Assembly (NCBI GenBank): GCA_045613925.1
Contig: JAZLBV010000009.1
Location: forward strand, 26,554-90,553
From: Candidatus Enterousia sp.
GTDB taxonomy: Bacteria; Pseudomonadota; Alphaproteobacteria; Rs-D84
Direction: 5' to 3'
DNA length: 64,000 nt
How positions within the stretch are numbered: position 1 is the stretch's first letter; each line of letters opens with the position of its first letter. Position numbers and translations under genes: made by a program. Of the stretch, positions 16,907-25,560 are shown one piece after another. The notes beneath the pieces are model-generated. The model did no database searches. It worked only from the letters and a program-made list of their open reading frames with translations, and was not told the DNA's origin.

Positions 16907-19900
16907 TTACCCTTCACCATTGTCTTTGTTTTTATTCACAACAAAATTAGCAATATGCTGTTTTAATTCCGTTTTATATAAATTATCAGATTTTGCCAAA
17001 TCCACCAATTTATCAAAGTTAGGATTAACCGAACGTGCCGCCGCGAATCGCGTCTCTGATTTCATAAATTCTTCCAACGGCAAAGGATTATCAACCCGCG
17101 AATCCAACGTCAATGGATTTTGCCCATTTTCTATATTTGCCGGATTAAATCTGTATAACGGCCAAGCCCCCGTATTTACTAAATTCGTCTGATGTTCAAC
17201 ACCATTTTGTAATGCAAACCCGTGTGCTATGCACGGTGCATAGGCCAGAATAATAGACGGTCCATCAAAGGCTTCTGCTTCACGGAAAGCGCGTATTGCC
17301 TGGGCTTGGTTTGCACCAATCGCAATTTGTGCGACATACGCACCCGACATCATTGCGATTAAACCCAAATCTTTCTTGGCGTGTTCTTTGCCACCAATCG
17401 CAAATTTCATAGATGCCCCAAACGGAGTTGATTTAGATTGCTGACCACCAGTATTAGAATAACCTTCGGTATCTAACACCAAAATATTCACATTTTCACC
17501 ACTATGCAAAATATGATCAACACCACCGTATCCTATGTCATACGCCCAACCGTCGCCACCGACAATCCACACAGATTTATCCACAATTGCATCCAACAAA
17601 TCCAACGCATATTTCGCACGCGGATTATCCATCTTTACCAATTGTTTTTGCAAATCTGATTTAATTGCACGCTGTTTTTCTGTATCACGTTCGGCAAAGA
17701 GATTATCCACATCCGCAAAGCCCAATTCAAATAAAACACTTCGCAACGCAGATTTTTTCTGATTAAGCGCTATACGCATACCCAAACCATATTCAGCATT
17801 ATCTTCAAACAAAGAATTAGACCACGCTGGTCCACGTCCATTGTCATCCGCACACCACGGCGTGGTCGGCAAATTTCCGCCGTATATAGAAGAACATCCT
17901 GTAGCATTTGCAACAACCATTTTTTCACCAAACAAATGTGCCATCAAACGAATATACGGTGTTTCACCACACCCAGCGCACGCCCCAGGGAATTCAAAAT
18001 AATGTGGCAACAATTCAATATGCTTTGGAATATTCAGATTTAAATTTTTCTTGTCTATACCTTTGATTTTCAAAGATTCATCAAACGCACTTTGATTTTT
18101 AATTCCATCTGCCATAGGCACCATAGTCAACGCAGATACAGGACAATTTTTCATACACAAACCACACCCCGTACAATCAGACGGCGATATATTCAATGTC
18201 CAAAACAATCCATTTCCCAATCCAGATGTTTTCATCGGAACAACGGTTATACCATTTGCACGCGCAGTTTGCATTTCGTTTTCATCCATAACTTTAATCC
18301 GAATCGCACCGTGCGGACAAAGCATTGAACATTTTCCACATTGAATACATTTAGATAAATCACAGCTTGCAACACGTGTCGCCAATGCGCGCTTTTCATA
18401 ACGGGACGTTCCCACAGGATATTGCCCTGCCCCAAAATTCCCGTCCACTTTGAATCGCGATACAGGTATATCGTCCCCCCGTCCTGCAACCATTTCACCA
18501 AGTGTCCCAGCTATTTCGGCCGGTGTATCCAACGTCATAGCAGGAACAAAATCTGGTGCAAATTCAGATACAGACGATGGCAATTCATACTTTTTCAAAT
18601 AAGATTCAGCCGTATCAACCGCCGCCCAGTTTGCCTGAACAACATCCATACCTTTTTTCTTATACGTTTTTTCAATAGCATTTTTCGCAGCATCCTTTGC
18701 AACATTTGGTTCTATGACCTTTGTCAAATTAAAGAAATTCAACATTATAAACGTATTGATTCGATTGCCCAAACCCAATTCATTTGCAGCACGATTAGCA
18801 TCCAAGAAATAAAGATTTGCACGCATACGAATTAAATGTTCTTGGGCTGTACGTGGCAAATTCATAAACGCTTCATCTGGCGACATAGACGTATTTATCA
18901 TAACAGTCCCACCCGCCCGCAAAGCAGCAAATACATCAAACCTTTGCGCAATCATAAAATTAGAAACACATATAAAATCAGCACTTTCCACCAAATATTC
19001 ACTTTTTATTGGATTTTGTGAAAACCGAATATGCGACTGAGTTATTCCACCGGATTTTTTTGAATCATACACAGCATACGATTGTGGATATAATTCAGAA
19101 TTTTCCCCCACAATTTTTACTATGTTTTTAACAGCCCCAACAGTACCATCACTGCCAATACCATATAAAATTGCGGTCTTAACATCAGGATTTTCAATAG
19201 CAAAAGATTTATCAACATCCAAAGATAAATGTGTTAAATCATCATCTATGCCAACTGTGAAATTATGATGCAAATCACCACGCATCATATATTCAACAAT
19301 AGCTTTGACATCACGTGGTTTAAATTCTTTGGACCCCAAACCATAGCGTCCACCAAATACAGATATTTTTGAATCTACAATACTGCGAACATTTTGATAA
19401 AGCGGTTCACCGATACTACCTGCCTCTTTTGTTCTGTCTAATACCGCAATTTGTTCAACAGATTTTGGCAAAGCATTTAAAAATGCTTCAACTGGGAAAG
19501 GATTGAATAAATGTACACGAACCAAGCCCACACCCATAGGTAAAAATGCCAAAGTTTCTTCAATAGTATCACAGCTTGATCCCATAGAAACAATTACATA
19601 TTTTGCATTTTTATCTCCTACATAATCAACCAAACCATATTGACGCCCGGTTAACTTCGCAAATTCATCCATACAATCTTGCACTATTTGCGGAACCGAA
19701 TCATAAAGCGAATTTGCCGCTTCGCGTCCTTGGAAATAAACATCAGGATTTTGCGCAGTTCCACGGACGTGCGGGTTATCAGGATCCATCCCACGCGCCC
19801 TATTTTTAGCAACAATATCATCCGGTAACATTTTACGCAAAACATCATCATCGATTCGATTTAATGCAGATTCTTCGTGGCTTGTCCGAAAACCATCAAA

Positions 19901-20404
19901 AAAATGCAAAAAAGGAACACGAGATTTCAAAGTCGCCGCGTGCGCAATAGCCGCCATATCATGCGCCTGTTGCACATTATGCGATGAAAGCAACGCAAAA
20001 CCAGTTTGCCGCACAGCCATAACATCACTATGATCACCAAATATAGACAATGCGTGTGTTGCAATCGCACGCGCCGCCACGTGCATAACAAACGGGGTCT
20101 GTTCACCCGCAATTTTATACATATTCGGAATCATCAATAACAATCCCTGGGATGCAGTAAATGTCGTAGCCAGCGCCCCCATTTGCAAAGCGCCGTGCAA
20201 TGTCCCCGCGGCCCCCGCCTCTGATTGCATTTCTATAATCTGTGGAATAACACCCCAAATATTTTTTTTATGTTGAAACGACCATTCGTCCGCTAATTCA
20301 CCCATAGTGCTGCTGGGGGTAATAGGATAAATCGCCGCACAATCAACACACCTGTACGCAACATCTGCCGCCGCCCAATTTCCATCAACAATCAATTTAG
20401 CCAT
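16907..20404 (-). CDS. nifJ: Pyruvate:ferredoxin (flavodoxin) oxidoreductase
   Basis: 1165-aa single-chain PFOR. Two 4Fe-4S ferredoxin motifs (CIQCGKCSMLCPHGAI, CTGCGLCMKNCPVSAL). TPP-binding GGDGWAYDIGYGG. Typical N-terminus DGNWAAADVAYR. Confidence 0.95.
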   Translation of the reverse strand: MAKLIVDGNWAAADVAYRCVDCAAIYPITPSSTMGELADEWSFQHKKNIWGVIPQIIEMQSEAGAAGTLHGALQMGALATTFTASQGLLLMIPNMYKIAGEQTPFVMHVAARAIATHALSIFGDHSDVMAVRQTGFALLSSHNVQQAHDMAAIAHAATLKSRVPFLHFFDGFRTSHEESALNRIDDDVLRKMLPDDIVAKNRARGMDPDNPHVRGTAQNPDVYFQGREAANSLYDSVPQIVQDCMDEFAKLTGRQYGLVDYVGDKNAKYVIVSMGSSCDTIEETLAFLPMGVGLVRVHLFNPFPVEAFLNALPKSVEQIAVLDRTKEAGSIGEPLYQNVRSIVDSKISVFGGRYGLGSKEFKPRDVKAIVEYMMRGDLHHNFTVGIDDDLTHLSLDVDKSFAIENPDVKTAILYGIGSDGTVGAVKNIVKIVGENSELYPQSYAVYDSKKSGGITQSHIRFSQNPIKSEYLVESADFICVSNFMIAQRFDVFAALRAGGTVMINTSMSPDEAFMNLPRTAQEHLIRMRANLYFLDANRAANELGLGNRINTFIMLNFFNLTKVIEPNVAKDAAKNAIEKTYKKKGMDVVQANWAAVDTAESYLKKYELPSSVSEFAPDFVPAMTLDTPAEIAGTLGEMVAGRGDDIPVSRFKVDGNFGAGQYPVGTSRYEKRALATRVASCDLSKCIQCGKCSMLCPHGAIRIKVMDENEMQTARANGITVVPMKTSGLGNGLFWTLNISPSDCTGCGLCMKNCPVSALTMVPMADGIKNQSAFDESLKIKGIDKKNLNLNIPKHIELLPHYFEFPGACAGCGETPYIRLMAHLFGEKMVVANATGCSSIYGGNLPTTPWCADDNGRGPAWSNSLFEDNAEYGLGMRIALNQKKSALRSVLFELGFADVDNLFAERDTEKQRAIKSDLQKQLVKMDNPRAKYALDLLDAIVDKSVWIVGGDGWAYDIGYGGVDHILHSGENVNILVLDTEGYSNTGGQQSKSTPFGASMKFAIGGKEHAKKDLGLIAMMSGAYVAQIAIGANQAQAIRAFREAEAFDGPSIILAYAPCIAHGFALQNGVEHQTNLVNTGAWPLYRFNPANIENGQNPLTLDSRVDNPLPLEEFMKSETRFAAARSVNPNFDKLVDLAKSDNLYKTELKQHIANFVVNKNKDNGEG

Positions 20405-20557
20405 TTTAAAAATCCTAATATTTTTGAAAAAATTTTTAACTTTGAAAATATTACCGCTTTTGAGAAATTAAGGCAAGATTTATTATCAATAAAACTATTG
20501 ACAAACATATTATTTTGTATTATTTATTACACTAATAAGCATACAAAGGAAAACCTG

Positions 20558-21205
20558 ATGGCAAACGACATAAAAAACACAGTTATACAAAATAATATAT
20601 ACATAACAACAGCTATAAATAACGAAACTTGCAATAGTGTTATTATAAATTTAAGTCAATGGATTCAAGATTTACCATTCAAAGAAAAGAACCCATTAAC
20701 TTTTGCTCCTTTTACCGAATTGCCCGCAGGAACACCGATATTAAACGTGTACATTTCTTCGTATGGTGGCGATATGGATGTTGCAAAATCTATTCTGTCA
20801 TTATTAAACATTGCCAAAGCAAAAAATGTAATAGTAAAAACATATAATATATCAAATGCTCACAGTGGAGCCAGTATGATTGCAGTATCTGGAACTAAAG
20901 GATACAGATATATGGCACACAACGCATCAAATGGTATTCATTTCGGCAAACATACAGAAACAGTATCTCGTTTGCCTGAATTGCCACTGATGCTTGAAGA
21001 TATGAATCGTGTTAAACAACAAATGAAAGATATATATCTAGAAAATACAAAATTAACAAAAAAAGAATTAACAAAATTCTTCACAACCGAAGGTTCCGGC
21101 ACACTTAACGCCGTTCAATGTTTAACAAAAGGTATTTGCGACTATGTCATTACACCGAACGGTTGGACAAATAAACCAGAAGATTTAAAACAAATAACAC
21201 GTTAA
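20558..21205 (+). CDS. Divergent ClpP/S14-like serine protease homologue (orphan)
   Basis: Start at the ATG after aaagga. ISSYGGDMDVAKSILSLL resembles ClpP INSPGG...I.D.M, and GASMIAVSG resembles the Ser-nucleophile region. It is much more divergent than the canonical clpP at 34428..35009. Confidence 0.45.
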   Translation: MANDIKNTVIQNNIYITTAINNETCNSVIINLSQWIQDLPFKEKNPLTFAPFTELPAGTPILNVYISSYGGDMDVAKSILSLLNIAKAKNVIVKTYNISNAHSGASMIAVSGTKGYRYMAHNASNGIHFGKHTETVSRLPELPLMLEDMNRVKQQMKDIYLENTKLTKKELTKFFTTEGSGTLNAVQCLTKGICDYVITPNGWTNKPEDLKQITR

Positions 21206-21231
21206 AAAAACGGGGCGATGCCCCATTTTTC
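21204..21231. terminator. Probable bidirectional terminator
   Basis: 5-bp GC stem ggggc/gcccc with a 3-nt loop, flanked by an A-run and a T-run. It overlaps the stop codon of the convergent protease gene. Confidence 0.5.
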
Positions 21232-22720
21232 ATTTTTTCTTTTCTGATTTTTTATCAGCTTCTTTTTTCTCAGAATCTTTCTTGTCTTTGGATTCTTCCT
21301 TTTTTACATCTTTCACATCCACAAACTTTTCATCTTCATCTATTTTTTCAAGATTCTTTTTACCAATTTTTGACATAGCACGCACCATATCCATCGCACG
21401 TTGTAATTGATAATCACGTGCATCTTTTTCTTCATCTGTCAGATTTAGATAATCTTCCTCTTCGTCATCAGACTTATCTGATTTTTTAGAATCCTTTTTC
21501 TTGGCAGAATCACCTTTTTTTGAAGCATCGTTTTTAAGTGAATTTTTGAATGTCGCTTCGGTAAACATACCCTCTTTCTTTTCAATAACTTCTACTTTAC
21601 TTTGTAAAACTTCAACATCAGGGGTAATACCTTCATTTTGTATAGATTTACCACTGGGGGTGTAATAGCGCGCAATGGTTATATGAATTGCAGAACCATC
21701 ACCCAAAGGTTTTTGTTGCTGCACACTGCCTTTGCCAAAACTTTGCGAACCCATAACAATTGCACGACCATTATCTTGCAAAGCACCCGCCACAATCTCT
21801 GATGCAGATGCAGAGCCGTGATTTATTAAAACTACAATCGGTTTACCATTCACTAAATCCCCAGGTTTAGCAAACATTCTTTCTATATCAGCTTTGTCCT
21901 TGCCACGCGTAGAAACAATTTCACCTTCATCTAAAAATGCATCTGAAACATCCACAGCAGCGACCAAATACCCACCTGGATTATTGCGCAAATCCAAAAC
22001 ATACCCAACGACTTTCTTTTTTTCCAAATCTTTAATTGCGTCTTTCAATTCTTTAGTAGTTGTAGCACCAAAATCAGAAATACGAATATAACCGATCTTA
22101 CCTGCTTTATCATCATCGGCAGCAACAGCATCTTCTTTTTCTGAAAACTTTACAGATTTCACCTTGATAATTGCCCGTTTAAGGGTTATTTCTTTTGGTT
22201 CTTCACCGGAATGTACAATTGTTAACTTAACCTTGGTTCCCGGTTTACCCTTCATTTTTTTAACAGCCTGATTTAATGTCAAATCAAAAACTTGTTCACC
22301 GTCTATATGCGTAATATAATCACCTGCTTCTATTCCTGCCTTGGCCGCAGGTGTATCATCGATTGGTGAAATAACACGCACAGCCCCCTTATCACTTGTT
22401 ATCTGAATGCCCAACCCGCCAAATTCACCATGTGATTTATCATTAAATTCTTTAAAATCTTCCTTTGATAAATACGAAGAATGTGGATCCAAAGCACCCA
22501 ACATACCGTTCATAGCCCCTTCTAACATCTTGCGTTCATCAGCTTCTTCGACAAATTTATCGCGAGCAGTTTCAAATACCAACGCCAACTTTTTTAATTC
22601 AGAATAAATCTCTTCATCGGTTAAATGTTCAACAGGTTCTTCTTTTTTCTTATTTTTTGGACTTGCATCTACAACCATCGGCATTAATAAAGCAAATAAA
22701 ACAATGAATTTTTTGAACAT
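21230..22720 (-). CDS. Carboxy-terminal processing peptidase (S41 family) with a long charged C-terminal tail
   Basis: Start moved to the ATG at 22720 (MFKKFIVLFALLMPMVVDA, SD aaggaaaaagga). PDZ-like segment (GGLGIQITS...GIEAGDYITHIDG). S41 core (LDLRNNPGGYL, NHGSASASEIVAGALQD). Confidence 0.85.
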   Translation of the reverse strand: MFKKFIVLFALLMPMVVDASPKNKKKEEPVEHLTDEEIYSELKKLALVFETARDKFVEEADERKMLEGAMNGMLGALDPHSSYLSKEDFKEFNDKSHGEFGGLGIQITSDKGAVRVISPIDDTPAAKAGIEAGDYITHIDGEQVFDLTLNQAVKKMKGKPGTKVKLTIVHSGEEPKEITLKRAIIKVKSVKFSEKEDAVAADDDKAGKIGYIRISDFGATTTKELKDAIKDLEKKKVVGYVLDLRNNPGGYLVAAVDVSDAFLDEGEIVSTRGKDKADIERMFAKPGDLVNGKPIVVLINHGSASASEIVAGALQDNGRAIVMGSQSFGKGSVQQQKPLGDGSAIHITIARYYTPSGKSIQNEGITPDVEVLQSKVEVIEKKEGMFTEATFKNSLKNDASKKGDSAKKKDSKKSDKSDDEEEDYLNLTDEEKDARDYQLQRAMDMVRAMSKIGKKNLEKIDEDEKFVDVKDVKKEESKDKKDSEKKEADKKSEKKK

Positions 22721-22832
22721 AATTATTCCTTTTTCCTTAGATATACCGCCACAGCATACCTTAAAAAAGCCAGCCACGCAACAGTATTTTTTTATTATTC
22801 CTTGATTTACAATTTTTATATGTTTTGATACA

Positions 22833-23921
22833 ATGCATACTATGTATTGGCCAAAGCTCATTTTCATAACAACTATTTGCAGCGTATTTATCACGCCAAC
22901 ATTTGCAAATAATGAATTGGCAAAAATACAAAATCAAATCAAACAAACAGAACAACAAAACAAACAAATTGAACAACAATTAAAAACTTCAACACGCGAC
23001 GTAGAACAAACCAAAAAAAAATTGGTAAAGGCAGCATCTCAGGTCAGCACACTTGAAGAACAAAGAACCGCAATTTCAAAAAACATCGCAGAACTTGATG
23101 CACAACGCGATAAAATAAGCGCACAATTATCCAAAGATTACGATGGCATCTCTGACGCCACAAACAGCATCTTATTCATCGCGCTTAACCCATCTTTTGA
23201 TGCAGACACAATGCACGAATACGTCTTAACATCTGCATTATTAGCATCCGCGGCGGAACAATTTGATAACAGAATTATGGATGCAACACAGAAAATCAAA
23301 GAACTTGATAAAATCCGCAACGAACGCGCAATAGAAAAAGAAAAACTGGACCGCAGTGCAAAACGATATAGTGATGAAAAAAACAATCTTGATAAATTAT
23401 TAAAGACCAGATCTGCACAAAATGAAAAATTAAAAAATCAACAAATCGCAATCCAGGAAAAATTAAGAAACCTGTCAACACGCGCAAAAAATATTTCTGA
23501 ATTGTCTGCGGGTGTGGGGTCATCAGAAATGTCATCTGACACGCGATTTTCTAAACGTAAATTAAACACACCTGTCCGTGGAAAGTTGGTTGTACGTTAT
23601 GGTGAAAAAACACCACTTGGATTAAAATCAGACGGTTGGCGCATACATACACGTGGGGATGCATTGGTTATGGCACCTGCAGATGGGGTTGTAAAATTTG
23701 CAGACAATTTTCGTGGCTTTGGCAAAGTTATAATTATGTCCCACAAAAACGGATATAATACAGTTATGACAAATATGGGTTCAATTGATGCTTTGGTCGG
23801 CCAGGAAGTTTTGGCTGGCGAACCAATCGGCCGAATGAATTCAAATCGCCCAGAGATGTATATAGAAGTTCGCCGTGGCAACAAATCCGTAGATCCTGCC
23901 CGTCTATTTAATGAACCATAA
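22833..23921 (+). CDS. EnvC-like murein hydrolase activator (coiled coil plus degenerate LytM/M23 domain)
   Basis: Signal peptide, long Q/K/E-rich coiled coil, and a C-terminal LytM-like domain (GFGKVIIMSHKNGYNTVMTNMG) in which the usual second His motif looks replaced. Confidence 0.7.
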   Translation: MHTMYWPKLIFITTICSVFITPTFANNELAKIQNQIKQTEQQNKQIEQQLKTSTRDVEQTKKKLVKAASQVSTLEEQRTAISKNIAELDAQRDKISAQLSKDYDGISDATNSILFIALNPSFDADTMHEYVLTSALLASAAEQFDNRIMDATQKIKELDKIRNERAIEKEKLDRSAKRYSDEKNNLDKLLKTRSAQNEKLKNQQIAIQEKLRNLSTRAKNISELSAGVGSSEMSSDTRFSKRKLNTPVRGKLVVRYGEKTPLGLKSDGWRIHTRGDALVMAPADGVVKFADNFRGFGKVIIMSHKNGYNTVMTNMGSIDALVGQEVLAGEPIGRMNSNRPEMYIEVRRGNKSVDPARLFNEP

Positions 23922-23940
23922 AAAACATCGAAAAAATTTA

Positions 23941-24924
23941 TTAAAATTCAAATCGTACACCAATCATTAAATTGGTATAGAACATATTTTCAGCGCTGAA
24001 CCATTCACGGGTTTGCGAACCGTCAGCGTTTGCAATACTCCACGTTATTTTTGGAACGTACGTCACACGCGCACTTACATCCAAAAATGTATATTTTGCA
24101 ATCCCATACGACACCCCCAGTGTCCCAGTCACTGCGATATTAGTAGACGAAGGATATTTATCTTTGTCGGTTGGATTATCAAATTGCAGAACGTTATTAG
24201 CGTTCACACTGCCGTAATTTTGCAAATCGTCATCTTCAGACAAATCACCGTAAATATCAGACAAATGTAACGTAGTTCTGGATATAGCATACCCCAATCC
24301 CAAACCCACATACGGAATAAAAGTATTTAATTTCTTAAAACTGCCGTCAAAGAAATCATAATATACCATTGCAGAAATTATATCTGTGGTAATCGTAGAT
24401 CTTGCCCCGGTGCTAGACACTTGAACCGTCGTATCACCCAACTCACCACCAGTAAGTTTCAAATCACCCTGTAACAAAGGCATTTGGTTATATTCCGTTT
24501 CAGAAATATAATCATAATCTGCCGCCAATCTCCAATTAGTATGATAAGGTAAAGTAAATCCAACACTGGCACCAGCCGCAAACGCCTGCTTGCTAAAATC
24601 TTTACGCAATGGCAAAGTAGCCAAATCGCCATACCCCGCAGAAACATAACCATCTGGTTCATCGGCATTAATATATGCCAATTCAGATACTATATCGCCA
24701 TTTTCGGGATTTATATAATACGCACCGTATAAACTGCCAATATCATTTTTCATCTTTGCGCGTGCCAAAGACAACCCACCACGAAATCCAATAACAAACC
24801 GTGAACCATCATCTTTATAATAGCCATCACGAATACGATAACCTTCGTACTGCCAACCACCTGCAAACGCAGACACGGACCAAAGCGACATTAAAACTGA
24901 TAAAAAAGATATTTTCGTTTTCAT
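23941..24924 (-). CDS. Outer-membrane beta-barrel protein (porin/OMP family, unassigned)
   Basis: Start moved to the ATG at 24924 (MKTKISFLSVLMSLWSVSAFA). Alternating amphipathic beta-strand pattern. C-terminal GVRFEF with terminal Phe. Confidence 0.6.
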   Translation of the reverse strand: MKTKISFLSVLMSLWSVSAFAGGWQYEGYRIRDGYYKDDGSRFVIGFRGGLSLARAKMKNDIGSLYGAYYINPENGDIVSELAYINADEPDGYVSAGYGDLATLPLRKDFSKQAFAAGASVGFTLPYHTNWRLAADYDYISETEYNQMPLLQGDLKLTGGELGDTTVQVSSTGARSTITTDIISAMVYYDFFDGSFKKLNTFIPYVGLGLGYAISRTTLHLSDIYGDLSEDDDLQNYGSVNANNVLQFDNPTDKDKYPSSTNIAVTGTLGVSYGIAKYTFLDVSARVTYVPKITWSIANADGSQTREWFSAENMFYTNLMIGVRFEF

Positions 24925-24991
24925 AGCTGAAACAATTATATCACAAAAACGAACATAAAAAAAGAACAAAGCTACAAAAATTTAAAATAAA

Positions 24992-25021
24992 AAATAAAAA
25001 AAATGCCCAAATGGGCATTTT
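24992..25021 (-). terminator. Rho-independent terminator after the OB-fold gene
   Basis: Stem aatgccc / gggcatt immediately after the stop codon, with a long A-run on the plus strand (a U-run on the transcript). Confidence 0.75.
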
Positions 25022-25396
25022 TTATTCAATTGATGTAACATCTATTTCAGTATAATCAGAACCTTTGTCTACATTACCATAAACAGTGACAATATCATCA
25101 ACACGCACTGTCTTGCCGTTCCAATCTTCTTCATCTATTTCCAACATAATAGTTCCTGAAGAATCTTCGAACACATAAATATTATCACCCATATCCTTGG
25201 TTATACGCCCACGCATTGTGACAGGGCTGTTGTCTGGCAAAGAAACGACTTCCATCACAGACCAATATGTTGGTTGTGCCGTTTGTTTTTGCATCATTTG
25301 ATTATTATTCATATTATGATTGTTCATACCAGAACCTGCAATTGCGCCACACATAGGTACCAGGGTAAGAATGGTTAACAAAGATATTTTTTTCAT
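25022..25396 (-). CDS. YgiW/YdeI-type periplasmic OB-fold (BOF) protein
   Basis: 124 aa with a signal peptide. The C-terminal pattern V.MRG.I.....D.Y.F.D.SG.I..EID...W.G..V...D.V.V.G.VD is characteristic of BOF proteins. Confidence 0.6.
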   Translation of the reverse strand: MKKISLLTILTLVPMCGAIAGSGMNNHNMNNNQMMQKQTAQPTYWSVMEVVSLPDNSPVTMRGRITKDMGDNIYVFEDSSGTIMLEIDEEDWNGKTVRVDDIVTVYGNVDKGSDYTEIDVTSIE

Positions 25397-25519
25397 TGTG
25401 TTTTCTCCTTTGGTTTATTCCCCAAAGCCATGGCAAGGGGGGATTTTGTCTTCCACATCAAAATTATACCAAAAGGAGCATCAAAAATATCTAGGAACGA
25501 TTTGATAAATCAACCATAA

Positions 25520-25552
25520 AAAAAACCGCCATATTGACGGTTTTTACAATTA
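25520..25552 (-). terminator. Possible terminator after the Cys-rich tandem pair
   Basis: Short stem aaccg/cggtt with a 9-nt loop and an 8-nt A-run on the plus strand (a U-run on the transcript). Weak. Confidence 0.4.
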
Positions 25553-25560
25553 CGTTTATA

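Noticed and set aside
5258-21205. Possibility that the serine recombinase and the ClpP-like protease mark a prophage.
   Set aside because: They are 15 kb apart and separated by housekeeping genes (ssb, carD, nifJ). No capsid, terminase, tail or lysis genes are present.
25437-25442. G6 tract 41 nt upstream of the YgiW-like gene as a possible phase-variation switch.
   Set aside because: The tract is short, I could not define a promoter around it, and nothing shows its length matters. I note it only because G/C runs are rare here.
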